Origin: Octopus vulgaris
Lineage: Eukaryota
Length of the DNA: 64,000 nt
Assembly: GCA_951406725.2 (NCBI GenBank)
Contig: OX597820.1
Span: 19,158,001 to 19,222,000, forward strand
Direction: 5' to 3'
Within the stretch, counting starts at the first letter, position 1; every line of letters starts with the position of its first letter. Both the position numbers and the translations under genes were made by a program. Below are positions 63,271-64,000 of the stretch, piece after piece. The notes below the pieces were generated by a model. It saw only the letters and a list, made by a program, of their open reading frames with translations. It searched no databases and was not told the origin of the DNA.

Positions 63271-64000
63271 ATTATTGTGCCCACATTCTGAGAAATGCTT
63301 TGCAGTTTGTTGTGAAAATTTTTTTGCTTACACTGGAACAAACTTTGTATTAAAAATCACCGACAACTAGTATATTCAGTGTAGAAAAATTGCATTGATA
63401 GTGATGACAGCATGTAGTTTAATACTAAAGAGACCGAGTACATTTAGAACATTTTGTTTTGTGTTTGTCTTAACCTATTTAAAAAAGTTACTTTGAGAAT
63501 CAAAAGATGTGGCTATCTTAGATAGGTGGTTGTTTAATATAGAAATGGCCATAAGTTCTATTAACTAGTTTTTATGTGCTCTTTTATTCAAGTTTCCATA
63601 TAATTTAAGTAGACTATTTAGTTTCATATCGCTGACGGTTTTTTACTTTATGGGATTTTCAGTGATTACTTTTCCTTTCATTTGAACGGTGTTGATTCAT
63701 AAGTGAACGAAATAAATGTCCGTCTAACAAAACGTTCTTTTCAATAACAACAGAACAGCAAAAATTAATATATGAATAAACAAAGAAACGCACAAGCAAA
63801 CCAGCTTTGTAGGAGGAGTCTACAGAGTTGCCTTATTTGCTGGATATAGCTGCTAAATTTCCCTTGAATCATACATTAAAGTCTTAAAACCCTGTAGCAT
63901 TCAGATTAATCTAATTAAAAAAAAATTTTTTTTAAATAAAAAAAAGTAATAAAACATTTGAGTAAGGTCGTTGCCAGTGCCGCTGGACTGGATCCTGTGC

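Overview
AT-rich, repeat-dense animal genomic DNA, most likely from an octopus (coleoid cephalopod). That call rests on recalled similarity of its tRNA-derived SINEs to the octopus OK/OR-type families and on the very high microsatellite load; I could not verify it by search. There is no intact protein-coding gene, and almost all supplied ORFs are translations of microsatellites or SINEs. The window looks like intronic or 5' space of a + strand gene, with candidate exons at ~20100-20345, 22744-22814 and 31684-31728. It carries several SINE families, piggyBac- and hAT-type MITEs, an internally deleted mariner, a non-autonomous Helitron whose empty site is also present, LINE remnants (RTE-like and L1/Tx1-like) and a tRNA-Thr pseudogene. 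Three things stand out. (1) A tRNA-headed SINE-like family carries a Penelope-type minimal hammerhead ribozyme, and one head-to-head pair is bounded by a single 12-bp TSD. (2) Several foldbacks next to microsatellites have hammerhead or hammerhead-like motifs at their centres. (3) A SINE shares its 3' tail with an L1/Tx1-like LINE and forms exact 184-bp head-to-tail multimers at a fixed, hairpin-forming junction. Family letters A-G are my own labels, and repeat boundaries are approximate unless TSDs or TIRs are quoted.
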